A DNA stretch of 64,000 nucleotides from Minisyncoccota bacterium (GTDB taxonomy: Bacteria; Patescibacteriota; Minisyncoccia; JAHIHE01; JAGLIN01), in assembly GCA_028690055.1 (NCBI GenBank), contig JAQVBZ010000006.1, positions 392-64,391 on the forward strand, given 5' to 3'. The first letter of the stretch is position 1. Every line of letters begins with the position of its first letter. Shown in pieces: positions 1 through 8,725 of the stretch. The translations under genes were made by a program, and so were the position numbers. The notes under the pieces were generated by a model. It saw only the letters and a program-made list of their open reading frames with translations, searched no databases and was not told where the DNA came from.

Positions 1-86
1 AGAATGCTTGGCAAAAAATTAAAATAAATAAATAAAGACTCGATAAGTAATTGTCGAGTCTGAATTCTTTTTAGACAGATATCGGT

Positions 87-299
87 TTATCTAGAAAACC
101 ACCTATACCATGGCGTGCATGTATGTCCATAAAGCGTCTGATTCCTAAAATACCCAACAATAAATGACCTATCTTCACAGACAGAGCCACACTCCCCGAC
201 CGGCCGCGTAGTGCAAAAATATTCCCATATATAAAGTATCACCAAGATAGCGCCGATTATCATCAATAGTTTCTGTACTTTTTCCGGGGTAATTTTCAT
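87..299 (-). CDS. Small hydrophobic hypothetical protein (70 aa) with one predicted TM segment
   Basis: The ORF lies 18 bp downstream of the LMW-PTP gene on the same strand and has a hydrophobic core (LLMIIGAILVILYIW). No clear RBS is visible. Confidence 0.25.
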   Translation of the reverse strand: MKITPEKVQKLLMIIGAILVILYIWEYFCTTRPVGECGSVCEDRSFIVGYFRNQTLYGHTCTPWYRWFSR

Positions 300-316
300 G
301 AATAGTTTAATTAGTT

Positions 317-814
317 TTATAAAATATTTTTGTTATTTTGATCGGACCCTTTTACCATCTCATCGATTTTCTCCGCCAGCACCGGTATCGACTGCGCAAT
401 ATAATCCACCATCTTCAAAAGCCTTTCGGATATCGTTTCCGTCATCCCCGGCACAGTTATCAAAACCGGAGTCTTTTCGTTTTTATATATCTCATTATAA
501 AGAGGAATCTCAACATTAAACTTCTCTCTCACCCATAACTGCTCTTCTGTATCCATCACGATTGCCAGATTATGCTCTTTCAATACTTCATACGTCAGCT
601 GCGTTCTCGTATACCCGACGACATCGACCCCCATCTCCTTGAGCTTCCCGATATGATCCATAGTAAAAGAGCTGACGTCACTAGTTGCGTTTATCCCGGC
701 CGAAGAAACCGCGATATCGTCTCGGTTATTTTTTCTCAGCCAATCCTCGAAAAGATATTTAGCTGTGAGGCTCCGCCCCACATTGTCGGTGCAGATGAAT
801 AGGATTTTGTACAT
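317..814 (-). CDS. Low-molecular-weight protein tyrosine phosphatase / ArsC-family phosphatase
   Basis: An N-terminal CX5R P-loop (ICTDNVGRS) is present. The length, 165 aa, is typical of the LMW-PTP fold. Confidence 0.75.
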   Translation of the reverse strand: MYKILFICTDNVGRSLTAKYLFEDWLRKNNRDDIAVSSAGINATSDVSSFTMDHIGKLKEMGVDVVGYTRTQLTYEVLKEHNLAIVMDTEEQLWVREKFNVEIPLYNEIYKNEKTPVLITVPGMTETISERLLKMVDYIAQSIPVLAEKIDEMVKGSDQNNKNIL

Positions 815-846
815 ATTGGATATCTTACTTTTACGCTTACCCTACC

Positions 847-1059
847 TTAATTGTCATTCCGAAATGAGGTACTCCGATTGAGGAATCTGGGACTAAACCA
901 ATTCAGTCTATATTTTGCAGTAAACTTAGACCCGAATCCATTCTTATGCTCAATTATCCTCCTAACGATATTATTAGTAAACCCCACATATAAAACATCT
1001 TTAGAATAATTAGTTAAAATATAAACATAAAATTTATATTCTTTTTGCATAAGATTCAA
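847..1059 (-). pseudogene. GIY-YIG nuclease family (UPF0213-like) gene with its 3' end replaced by an R1 repeat copy
   Basis: The N-terminus has the GIY-YIG signature (YVYILTNYSKDVLYVGFTNNIVRRIIEHKNG). The last ~15 codons (PRFLNRSTSFRNDN) are the translation of the R1 repeat at 849-888. The same peptide appears in other repeat-derived ORFs. Confidence 0.55.
849..888 (+). repeat. R1 dispersed repeat copy (GTCATTCCGAAATGAGGTACTCCGATTGAGGAATCTGGGA)
   Basis: Near-identical copies occur at 7229-7268, 26693-26732 and 62198-62240, with related copies elsewhere. Confidence 0.85.
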
Positions 1060-1088
1060 TCAATATTTTAAATACCCTCTCCCGCTAT

Positions 1089-1603
1089 GTCATCCCGAAC
1101 GCCGTACCCAGTGGAGGGATCTGGGAAATGCGGAAGGTTCTTAGGACGTTATTTTTCATAAACATAACCGTTGATTTGTCATTTCGAACCGACAGCAGGG
1201 AGTGTGCGAAATCTGGGAAATGCACGATACCTATATAAGCTATATTCTTATAAACATACCTTCACACCCGCATCGTACTTTTCCCAGATTCCTCAATCGC
1301 AGTAGCTCATTTCGGAATGACAAGTAGAGAATGCATCGCCTTTTATAGCATAAGTCATGTTTCTGCCAGACCTAACGATATGTCATCCCGAACGCCGTAC
1401 TCGGTGGAGGGATCTGGGAAATGCGGAAGGTTCTTAGAACGTTATTTTTCATAAACATAACCGTTGATTTATCATTCCGAACGGATGTGAGGGATCTGGG
1501 AAATGCACGATACCTATATAAGCTATATTCTTATAAACATACCTTCACGATTGCATCGTATCTTTCCCAGATTCCGGGGTCGCAGTAGCTCATTTCGGAA
1601 TGA
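1089..1603. repeat. Tandem duplication (period 293 bp) of a ~230-bp composite R1 MITE-like element
   Basis: Copy 1 spans 1089-1323 and copy 2 spans 1382-1603, separated by a unique 58-bp spacer. Each copy contains two direct R1 left arms (GTCATCCCGAACGCC...GGGATCTGGGAAATGC) and one inverted right arm (TTTCCCAGATTCC...CATTTCGGAATGAC). Overlapping ORFs such as 1503..1829 are repeat read-through artefacts. Confidence 0.85.
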
Positions 1604-1627
1604 CAAGAAAAAGCTATCCTCATGCGA

Positions 1628-2551
1628 TTACGACAAAATCCCCTTAATAATCAAATCCTCTGCCTCTATTTTCGACAGTCCTCTTGCCATCAATGTTTCC
1701 AGTTGGCGGTTATCAACGCCTCCCAAGTTCGCTTCGTGCGTTACGCGCGCTAGAGGATGTAGTACTTCCACTTCCGGATATGCTTTTACTTTTCCATTTC
1801 CCTGTAAAATCTCCGTGCAATCGACGTGACCGAAAGAGCCGGCGGCTTTGGCCGTGATCTTGTTGTAGACTTCCGCCTTGGTCTCATCTCGCGCCGCGAT
1901 GCGAGACCGCAGGACCGCTTTAGCATTTTCACCTATAAGAGTAGCTCTTTCGCGGATATTGATTATATCCTTTCCACTACCACTTATTTTGGTGATAAAA
2001 TCACTACTGCTGTCCGCGTCACAGGAAAGATTGTAGTCGATATCGATAAGCCCCACCCTTCCACCGATAAGCTCGAGGTCAGTACGAAATCTCGCGCCTT
2101 TGCCGATCTTCACGGTCGCGTGCGGATAAACCTTACTCGTTCCTTGCGCGCTATGGATATGCTTTTCGAAATAACGGAAAGTCGAGCCTTCTTCCAACTT
2201 TATTTTCCCTTCCATCATATGTTTGCTCGGATCATTCTTTGGAAAAATACAATAGCTGAAAACATTCATCGATGCGCCCTTACCGATTACGATATTCATA
2301 TTGATCTTCTGTACTTTGCTTTTATGCAAAATTCCGAAACAGAAATGCACCGGCTTCTTGATAATGACACCCGGCAAGACTTTTACGTTGATATCCACGC
2401 CATCTTTTTGTTCTCGAAGTTTCACAACAAGTCCTTCTACGGCATTCAAAGACAAAACTTTGTTATTATCGATAAAAAGACTGGCGGTTTCCGGATCATC
2501 CAGAACGCCCTCTATTTTTGCAAAATTCAAAAGTTCGTTTATCTCTTTCAT
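1628..2551 (-). CDS. Fe-S cluster assembly protein of the SufB/SufD family (compact form)
   Basis: It sits immediately downstream of sufC with a 4-bp overlap. The C-terminal half resembles the SufBD beta-helix (GSGKDIINIRERATLIGENA...). Confidence 0.7.
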   Translation of the reverse strand: MKEINELLNFAKIEGVLDDPETASLFIDNNKVLSLNAVEGLVVKLREQKDGVDINVKVLPGVIIKKPVHFCFGILHKSKVQKINMNIVIGKGASMNVFSYCIFPKNDPSKHMMEGKIKLEEGSTFRYFEKHIHSAQGTSKVYPHATVKIGKGARFRTDLELIGGRVGLIDIDYNLSCDADSSSDFITKISGSGKDIINIRERATLIGENAKAVLRSRIAARDETKAEVYNKITAKAAGSFGHVDCTEILQGNGKVKAYPEVEVLHPLARVTHEANLGGVDNRQLETLMARGLSKIEAEDLIIKGILS

Positions 2552-3285
2552 ATTTTTTTGATTTTATCCTCCGTCGGCTTATTTTTGTGCGGGCAAGTCA
2601 GGCACCTATTCTTGAAATATTCCACCACGTCTTCACCCTTGCTCTCGTCGATGAGCTTGCCATCGCAGACAAGAAAAGCATGGTCCGCTTTTTTCAGGAC
2701 CTGCATATTGTGTGTGATAACAATGACCGTCGTGCCGATGCTCTTGAGATATTCCATCACGGTAAAAACTTTTTTGAGCGCTTCTACGTCCACACCTGAA
2801 TCCGGCTCGTCTAAAATAACCAATCTCGGTTTCATACAGATGATAGCTGCGAGCTCGATACGTTTTCTCTCTCCGCCACTGAGGTTCTTATCAACGGCGC
2901 GAGATAAATACTTATTCGAAGCAAGCCCGACCCTTTCCAGCGCGTCTGTGACGCTCTCTTCATTCTTCCCTTTTGCAGCCGAAAGAAAATCTTCCACTTT
3001 GAGCCCTTGAAAACGCGCCGGCTCCTGCCAAGCGAGCGTAATTCCCAGCTTCGCCCGCTGCGGCACGGATAATTTTTTTATCGATTTGCCATCAAAGACA
3101 ATATCACCGGAGATTTCCCGGTAGCCTTCCAGACCCATCAAAATATAGGCTAGGGTAGATTTTCCCGCCCCGTTCGGACCGACCAAGGCATAAGTCTTTC
3201 CCGCCTCTATTTCCAGAGAAACGTTGTCTACGAGCTTCTTGCTGCTCTTCTCCAGCGTAAGGTTTTTTATTGAAAGTATATTCAT
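2548..3285 (-). CDS. sufC: Fe-S cluster assembly ATPase SufC (ABC ATPase)
   Basis: Walker A (GPNGAGKST), ABC signature (LSGGERKR) and Walker B (LVILDEPDSG) are all present. It is operonic with the SufBD gene. Confidence 0.9.
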   Translation of the reverse strand: MNILSIKNLTLEKSSKKLVDNVSLEIEAGKTYALVGPNGAGKSTLAYILMGLEGYREISGDIVFDGKSIKKLSVPQRAKLGITLAWQEPARFQGLKVEDFLSAAKGKNEESVTDALERVGLASNKYLSRAVDKNLSGGERKRIELAAIICMKPRLVILDEPDSGVDVEALKKVFTVMEYLKSIGTTVIVITHNMQVLKKADHAFLVCDGKLIDESKGEDVVEYFKNRCLTCPHKNKPTEDKIKKI

Positions 3286-3364
3286 TTATTATGTTTATAG
3301 GTTTAACTGATATGGCTTTATCTTAGCCTTGAATAACGAAATAGTCAAAAGAGCCGACAATAAG

Positions 3365-3472
3365 ATGGAGTAGCAAACTTTAGTCTGCGCTGCTATCCCA
3401 TGCGGATAAATCACAATTATATATCGCATTTGAGCACGTAAAGCAACAGCGCGGGTTCAAACCCGCTACTCC
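3365..3472. repeat. R2 element copy A (107-bp imperfect palindrome with GGAGTAGC...GCTACTCC termini)
   Basis: It has 8-bp terminal inverted repeats, subterminal hairpins (GCGGGTTCAAACCCGC) and a central GCGGATAAAT motif. It is homologous to the copies at 40218, 41123 and 55094. Confidence 0.8.
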
Positions 3473-3490
3473 ACAAATACACCGCTCGTC

Positions 3491-3952
3491 TCAAAGTCCA
3501 CTCCCCACGCCTTCCGCGAACATCCGTGCCAGATCCAGCTCTTCCGCATCCGGATGATTCTTATTGATACCTCCCAACCATTTGAGTGGACCAAAAGTTG
3601 CCGATCCTAGACAGGAAAAATTACCGATCACGTCGTAATCCTTGGCCCGAAGCTTGTCCTTCAAAGCTTTATGATTCTTGTCCATCTGCACCAAGCCTTT
3701 CAAGCTGCTCGAGAAAAGAAAAACTTTTTTGCCGCTTCCGAAAGGCAGCTTGTCCACCAAAGATAACAAGTTTTGGTCGTGCTTTCCCATATAGATTCCC
3801 GACCCGAATCCGACTAGGTCATATTGACCCAAATCGCCCGCCTGGACCTTGTCCGACCCTACGATAGTCGCGCCCAGCGCCTCCGCCATCACATCGGCAA
3901 TCTTTCTGGTATTGCCTCGATGTTTTGAATCACAGATGATAAGCGTTTTCAT
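3491..3952 (-). CDS. Flavodoxin-like fold protein
   Basis: The N-terminus reads MKTLIICDSKHRGNTRKIA, with an alternating beta/alpha pattern over ~150 aa typical of flavodoxin or NADPH-dependent FMN reductase. Confidence 0.55.
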   Translation of the reverse strand: MKTLIICDSKHRGNTRKIADVMAEALGATIVGSDKVQAGDLGQYDLVGFGSGIYMGKHDQNLLSLVDKLPFGSGKKVFLFSSSLKGLVQMDKNHKALKDKLRAKDYDVIGNFSCLGSATFGPLKWLGGINKNHPDAEELDLARMFAEGVGSGL

Positions 3953-3955
3953 AGA

Positions 3956-4816
3956 TTATAGAATAGTTATGAATAAGACTCCGATTACCATTATAACACC
4001 TCCCATCAATTTCTGCTTGATTTCTTTTTCCCCGAAGATAACGCCACCGAGGATTATTGAAATCAATATTCCCAACCGCTTTATCGCGACTACATAAACC
4101 ACGAGAGTATCTTGGATAGCCAGCATCTGAAAAACCACCATCAATGTCCCCAAAATTCCAACCATAGCCAGATGGGTTTTTTCTTTCCGGATTTCTTTTT
4201 GCTGTTTTCTCATCCTTGTATAAGCGAAAGGAAAAATGAAAGTCGCTATAAGAATGTTTTCCGCCATAGCAAAAAATATCGGCGAAGAGTTCTGCAGCGC
4301 TATCTTATCCAAATTCGCAGTGATGCTCCAAATCAGAGCCGCCGCCAACATCAAACGAGGTCCTTCTTCTTTTGTAAGAACCTTGAAAGGCTTTGTCCAT
4401 CCGTCCTTCCTCTTCTTGATATTCAAAAAGTAGGAACCGAATACTATAAAGATAACCCCTATAAATCCACTTCCGCTAGGAATCTCACCGAGCATCAGAT
4501 AGCTGGTAAGCAACATAAAAAGTGGCGTAAAGGCCATCATGGGCACTGAAACTGACATATCCGAAAGAAGTGACTTGGTGGACAAAACTGCAGCTGTCGC
4601 GCTCAAAAGACAATCTAAGAATAAGACCGACCAAAAGTTTTCGCCCAAAACGGGAAAATCTATAAACAAAAAAGAAATCAATATATATACTCCCGAAAAA
4701 AAGAAAGCGAACCAAGAGACCACGTACTCATCCAGACTGCGCAAGCTTTTCTTGCTTGATACGCCTCTGAGCGCCGAAAAAAGCGCCACCAAAAGCGCAT
4801 AGACGATCCACGTCAT
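3956..4816 (-). CDS. EamA/DMT-family transporter (~10 TM)
   Basis: Hydrophobic segments recur throughout the 286-aa protein, consistent with the duplicated EamA architecture. Confidence 0.65.
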   Translation of the reverse strand: MTWIVYALLVALFSALRGVSSKKSLRSLDEYVVSWFAFFFSGVYILISFLFIDFPVLGENFWSVLFLDCLLSATAAVLSTKSLLSDMSVSVPMMAFTPLFMLLTSYLMLGEIPSGSGFIGVIFIVFGSYFLNIKKRKDGWTKPFKVLTKEEGPRLMLAAALIWSITANLDKIALQNSSPIFFAMAENILIATFIFPFAYTRMRKQQKEIRKEKTHLAMVGILGTLMVVFQMLAIQDTLVVYVVAIKRLGILISIILGGVIFGEKEIKQKLMGGVIMVIGVLFITIL

Positions 4817-5310
4817 ATTCTTCCGTCTTCATATTTTACCAAGTCCGCAAACACGAAATCTTTCACATATCCTTTGTATTTTTTCAAATCTTCCCTGATC
4901 CACCCCGCCGAGATCGGCACTTTCGTCCGGTCTTTATCTACCACAACATTTTCCGCTCCCAACGCCTCCGCCAAAAACTTCCCGTAATTTTCCGAGGAGA
5001 AAACAAAATCTATTTTCACACCCTGAGGCAATTTGCTCTGCGCATAATCGATATGGAGCTTATTGATTTCCGGCGCATGCCCTGTTTTCCGCGGACCTAT
5101 GCCCGCATTCACGACTTCCATCCGCGGATATTCTTTCTTAATCCACGCCATCCGCACTTCGACCGGCACCTTGGTCACAAACGGTACGTCATAAACCAGT
5201 ACAATCAGATAATCGACTTGCGAGAGCGCCTTCTCTAGCAAGAACTGATGTCCCTCGTGCAGTGGCGCAAATTTTCCGATTACCAATCCGGTTGTTCTTT
5301 TGTCTGTCAT
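4813..5310 (-). CDS. Cytidylyltransferase-fold nucleotidyltransferase, NadM-like (possible NMN adenylyltransferase)
   Basis: It carries the (H/T)xGH-type motif GKFAPLHEGH and is 165 aa long. The start overlaps the upstream gene by 4 bp. Confidence 0.6.
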   Translation of the reverse strand: MTDKRTTGLVIGKFAPLHEGHQFLLEKALSQVDYLIVLVYDVPFVTKVPVEVRMAWIKKEYPRMEVVNAGIGPRKTGHAPEINKLHIDYAQSKLPQGVKIDFVFSSENYGKFLAEALGAENVVVDKDRTKVPISAGWIREDLKKYKGYVKDFVFADLVKYEDGRI

Positions 5311-5318
5311 TGTATTTT

Positions 5319-5627
5319 TTATACCTTTTTAATTCCCCTCGTCCCTAAAATAAATAAAATCAAAATCATTATTTTCAAAAAATAATAACCGTCAGGGTCA
5401 ACAAAATCGCGAGTCATTGCCGTCATCCTCCCTACGGCGAGGTGAGCGAAAACACTGATCGGCAAAGTCAAAAATATCCAATTCTTTTCAGGCACTACGA
5501 GACCAAGTTTCTTGAAACCCTTAGAAAGAAACGGGGCAAGCAGACACATCCCCAGAAAAGCTAGAGCTAAATCAAAAACCGCATAATTGCCTATATGGTA
5601 TTGCCTCAAAAAATCTATTATTCCCAT
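5319..5627 (-). CDS. Small membrane protein, hypothetical
   Basis: Three hydrophobic segments are visible. It lies 9 bp upstream of the nucleotidyltransferase gene on the same strand. Confidence 0.4.
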   Translation of the reverse strand: MGIIDFLRQYHIGNYAVFDLALAFLGMCLLAPFLSKGFKKLGLVVPEKNWIFLTLPISVFAHLAVGRMTAMTRDFVDPDGYYFLKIMILILFILGTRGIKKV

Positions 5628-6000
5628 ATTTTATCATTATAACCATATGAAATAGATGGATTCCCTCCCGACGCACAAAATTCATTTCATTCCAGATAAC
5701 TTCAGTATAAATTAAAAACCGGTAAAATACAACAGAAACAGCTATCACAATAGTATGGAAAAAGCATTTACCCTATAAATTGAAATCAAGAAACTGCTTT
5801 ATCGCCGATTAGAACACTGCTCAAAAACATCTTTTTCGACCTCACCCACGGCGATTGATTTTCAAATCCTTGCAAAAAGGCACGATTTTGCCTATCACCA
5901 GCCTCATTGTCGGAAGTTTTTCCACTCTGGCAATCTTTATTTTCCATTTTAGATAAAGCAATCTCAGCAAATATCAAAAGTCATATAGATCCGATAATGA

Positions 6001-6029
6001 TTGACATACGGGATGATTCCTCTTAATAT
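6001..6029 (+). promoter_or_regulatory. Sigma-70-like promoter: TTGACA, 17-nt spacer, TAATAT
   Basis: TTGACA sits at 6001-6006 and TAATAT at 6024-6029 with an exact 17-nt spacer. A GGAGG RBS at 6037-6041 and an ATG at 6049 follow. Confidence 0.55.
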
Positions 6030-6048
6030 TCCTAGTGGAGGAAACAAA

Positions 6049-6348
6049 ATGATATTTATTTACCTGAGCGGTAAGGATATTTCTGTACAGAAAGTAGAAA
6101 AACTAAACAAAATCATCGAGGCTGAAAAATTCGCCCCCGATAGATGCAAACTATCCTTTGAAGACAAAATATTCATAATTCCAAACGCATCCAGTATAAC
6201 AGGAAGCAGCGGTAGAGACGTAGTATGTATGGAAACAAGAGCAAGCCTAGATGAACCCACGAGCAAGGTATCGGCTATTATCGAGATAATAGAAAATAAT
6301 ATAAAATTGAGCAAGGGAACCGAATTGATAAAAATGAGCCCCCTTTAA
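6049..6348 (+). CDS. Hypothetical protein (99 aa)
   Basis: A GGAGG RBS lies 7 nt upstream of the ATG at 6049, with a consensus promoter immediately upstream. The longer tracked ORF from 6001 is unlikely to be the real start. Confidence 0.5.
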   Translation: MIFIYLSGKDISVQKVEKLNKIIEAEKFAPDRCKLSFEDKIFIIPNASSITGSSGRDVVCMETRASLDEPTSKVSAIIEIIENNIKLSKGTELIKMSPL

Positions 6349-6426
6349 AACAATTACGATCTCGAAACAAAATAAAAGGAGCTATCAGATATAGCTTCTT
6401 CTTTTTTCCCTCAAATCCAGACAAAG

Positions 6427-7077
6427 TCAACCTGAAAATTCGTTCAAAGAGATATCAAATCCGAGCATATTCATATCGTTCTCAAACTGTATCTTATCTG
6501 TAAAAAGAAAACTTTGGATGCCGAACTTGGAAGCCGCCTCGACATTTCCTCTCGCATCATCGAAATAAATAATATCCCAGGTCGATATGCCGGAATTATT
6601 ACCACTAATATTTTCCAAAGCATATTCCCAGAAGCCGTCGTCGTCTTTCTTATAACCGATTTCACAAGAGAAGAAATGACCATCAAAAGACTGCTGCAAA
6701 TTCAAATCCTCCCAAAGAAACTGCGCCCGATATTTATCCTGATTGCTCGCCAGATAACATCCGATTCCTTGTTTCTTCAGCTCACCCGCCAAGGAAACCA
6801 GATCTCCATCAAGATAGCGCCTGCTAAAATCCATCTGCTCTTTAAAAAAATCATCCACTGTCCCCTGCCAGCCAAACCGCTTAAGATAAGGAACAATCAT
6901 CTCCTTCATATCCCCTTTGCCTTCGTTATAGATACGATTATTGGTGATATCATAAAATTCTCCCAGAACCTTCTTCGCTTCCGGATACCCTCGGCGTTTC
7001 ATCTCCTCCGAAAAATTATGAGGATAGCGGATCAACACGCCATCGACATCGAATAATATTATTTTAGGCTTGGACAT
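6427..7077 (-). CDS. HAD-superfamily hydrolase
   Basis: The N-terminal motif I reads DVDGVL (IILFDVDGVLI), and the YFDDARGNVEAA segment is motif-IV-like. Confidence 0.8.
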   Translation of the reverse strand: MSKPKIILFDVDGVLIRYPHNFSEEMKRRGYPEAKKVLGEFYDITNNRIYNEGKGDMKEMIVPYLKRFGWQGTVDDFFKEQMDFSRRYLDGDLVSLAGELKKQGIGCYLASNQDKYRAQFLWEDLNLQQSFDGHFFSCEIGYKKDDDGFWEYALENISGNNSGISTWDIIYFDDARGNVEAASKFGIQSFLFTDKIQFENDMNMLGFDISLNEFSG

Positions 7078-7138
7078 AGACCTTTAGCTTAGATTATTAT
7101 TATAGTTTTTACATAATTATACTCCTTAAAGATTCGTC

Positions 7139-7268
7139 ATGTCGAACGGATGTGAGGAATCTGGGAAATGCACGATATTAACATAGATGTTATTTTAGAA
7201 ACACACATTACCTCGGTATCGCATTTTCCCAGATTCCTCAATCGGAGTACCTCATTTCGGAATGACAA
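7139..7268. repeat. R1 MITE-like unit (inverted arm pair flanking ~40 bp)
   Basis: The left arm is GTCATGTCGAACGGATGTGAGGAATCTGGGAAATGCACGATA. The right arm is TTTCCCAGATTCCTCAATCGGAGTACCTCATTTCGGAATGAC. Confidence 0.85.
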
Positions 7269-7303
7269 AAAGAAGGTTGGCTATAGTAGCACATATATCC
7301 TTC

Positions 7304-7813
7304 CTATAGATAGATTGCAATCAACTGCCGCACGATCAGCTCTTCCGGCTTGATGTACTCGCCCTCGAAATCAAACCACACACGCAAAAAATCTTCGCGT
7401 GCAATCTTTCTTACCTTCCCGATTTCAGGATCCTGCAGATGAATATATTTTTCATCCAGTCCCGCCACGACCGAATAGTGCCCGTCTGCAACTTCGCTCT
7501 CAGAATAATCATTACGACCGCGCGAGAACCAATCTACGATAACTGGCACCTTTTTTTCAAGCCATTTATCAATATCTTCAAAAGTACTCTCGTTTTCTAT
7601 TTCAACTCTCAGACCGAAACTTTCCGCGATTCTTTTTATGTTTGCGCTGTCCGCCCCCATCTCACTGTCGATATCCAATATCCGCGCCAATTCCTGCTCG
7701 CTCTTTTTGATATCATAATAATCCAGTACAATCAAAAGACTGGCCGCTCCGCACATTCCGCGATGAAGAGTCTCCTGGAAAGGTCTCAGATTCAATATTT
7801 CTCTTCCCACCAT
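7304..7813 (-). CDS. Peptidase C39-like (papain-fold) domain protein, stand-alone
   Basis: A Cys motif (GMCGAASLLIVLDYY) and a downstream His (ADGHYSVVAGLD) are spaced as in C39 bacteriocin-processing peptidase domains. Confidence 0.55.
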   Translation of the reverse strand: MVGREILNLRPFQETLHRGMCGAASLLIVLDYYDIKKSEQELARILDIDSEMGADSANIKRIAESFGLRVEIENESTFEDIDKWLEKKVPVIVDWFSRGRNDYSESEVADGHYSVVAGLDEKYIHLQDPEIGKVRKIAREDFLRVWFDFEGEYIKPEELIVRQLIAIYL

Positions 7814-7819
7814 AATATT

Positions 7820-8428
7820 TTATTTTATCAAATCGAATCGCCCGCCTGTTTCACCGACAAACGCCATCCCATCCGCAAGCCTCACCACTTCCACGCCACT
7901 TGCTTTTTCGTACGCCGAAACTGCATTCTCGCTTTCGTTAGTATAATGAGGTTCGATCGCCTTATTTACAAGGTTCATAGCGGAAAAATCCGTAAGCCCG
8001 ATTTCATTCGGGTCACCTTTCGTGTGATTCAAAACCTCGATAGAATTCCCCGCGATGATACTACCCGCGCTCACACCGATGTAAAGCCCGCCTTTTTGTA
8101 AGAAATCTCTCACCACGATATCAAAACCGCTCTTTTTTGTCCAATACAAAAGATAGTAGGTGTTGCCACCATTCACGTAAACGACATCATAATCCAACAA
8201 TTCTTGCGGGTCCTGTTTTTCGATATCAAAAAATATCACGTCGCCAAAGCCCATCTCTCGGAGCTGAGAAAGTGCCAACACCGCAAACTCATTCTTTTCT
8301 TTATCCTCAGAAGCAGTGGTAATTATAGCCACCTTCCTATCGCGTAGATCCCCACTGAAAAAGTCATCAATCTTTTTCGCGATACCGGGATTACTAAAAC
8401 CGGAAGATGTGAGAATTATATTGTTCAT
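7820..8428 (-). CDS. Peptidase S51 (dipeptidase E / cyanophycinase-like) family
   Basis: A nucleophile-elbow GVSAGS is embedded in a class-I glutamine amidotransferase-like fold, and the length (202 aa) fits the family. Confidence 0.7.
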   Translation of the reverse strand: MNNIILTSSGFSNPGIAKKIDDFFSGDLRDRKVAIITTASEDKEKNEFAVLALSQLREMGFGDVIFFDIEKQDPQELLDYDVVYVNGGNTYYLLYWTKKSGFDIVVRDFLQKGGLYIGVSAGSIIAGNSIEVLNHTKGDPNEIGLTDFSAMNLVNKAIEPHYTNESENAVSAYEKASGVEVVRLADGMAFVGETGGRFDLIK

Positions 8429-8499
8429 AATTTTATTTTTAATCTCATTATCCTAAAAACATGTTTAAATAATTCCATCTACCCGACAACCGTACCTGT

Positions 8500-8668
8500 C
8501 ACCGTGTCATCCTGAACTTGTTTCAGGATCTTTGATATATTTCACTTTAGCTTTATTTAATTCACTGTTACCAAATAATACGTTTTTATGGAATGCTGTG
8601 AAATCTTAATCTGATATTCAAGTTATAATCTTTCTACGTTGCACTTTGAGGATCCTGAAACAAGTTCA
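8500..8668. repeat. R1-variant MITE-like unit with perfect hairpin arms (ATCCTGAACTTGTTTCAGGAT)
   Basis: The arms at 8500-8530 and 8640-8668 are inverted relative to each other. The same arm type occurs at 22862, 22985 and 52019. Confidence 0.8.
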
Positions 8669-8725
8669 GGAGGACAAATATAAAACAACGGACCAAAAAC
8701 AACAGGCGCAAAAGCAAACGAACAA

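Noticed and set aside
1503-1829. 108-aa ORF spanning the R1 tandem composite
   Set aside because: It is a translation of repeat sequence. The same SSFRNDKKK peptide is produced by unrelated repeat copies, and it runs into the sufBD gene antisense.
1826-3010. 394-aa ORF on the plus strand
   Set aside because: It is entirely antisense to the well-supported sufBD/sufC genes. It has no RBS and a low-complexity composition, so it is a shadow ORF.
3365-3472. Possible tRNA, because of GGAGTAGC/GCTACTCC acceptor-like ends and a GCGGGTTCAAACCCGC T-arm-like hairpin
   Set aside because: At ~107 nt the element is too long for a tRNA and has no recognisable D-arm or anticodon arm. Four copies have variable subterminal hairpins, which fits a repeat element better. 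A tRNA-derived SINE-like origin remains possible.
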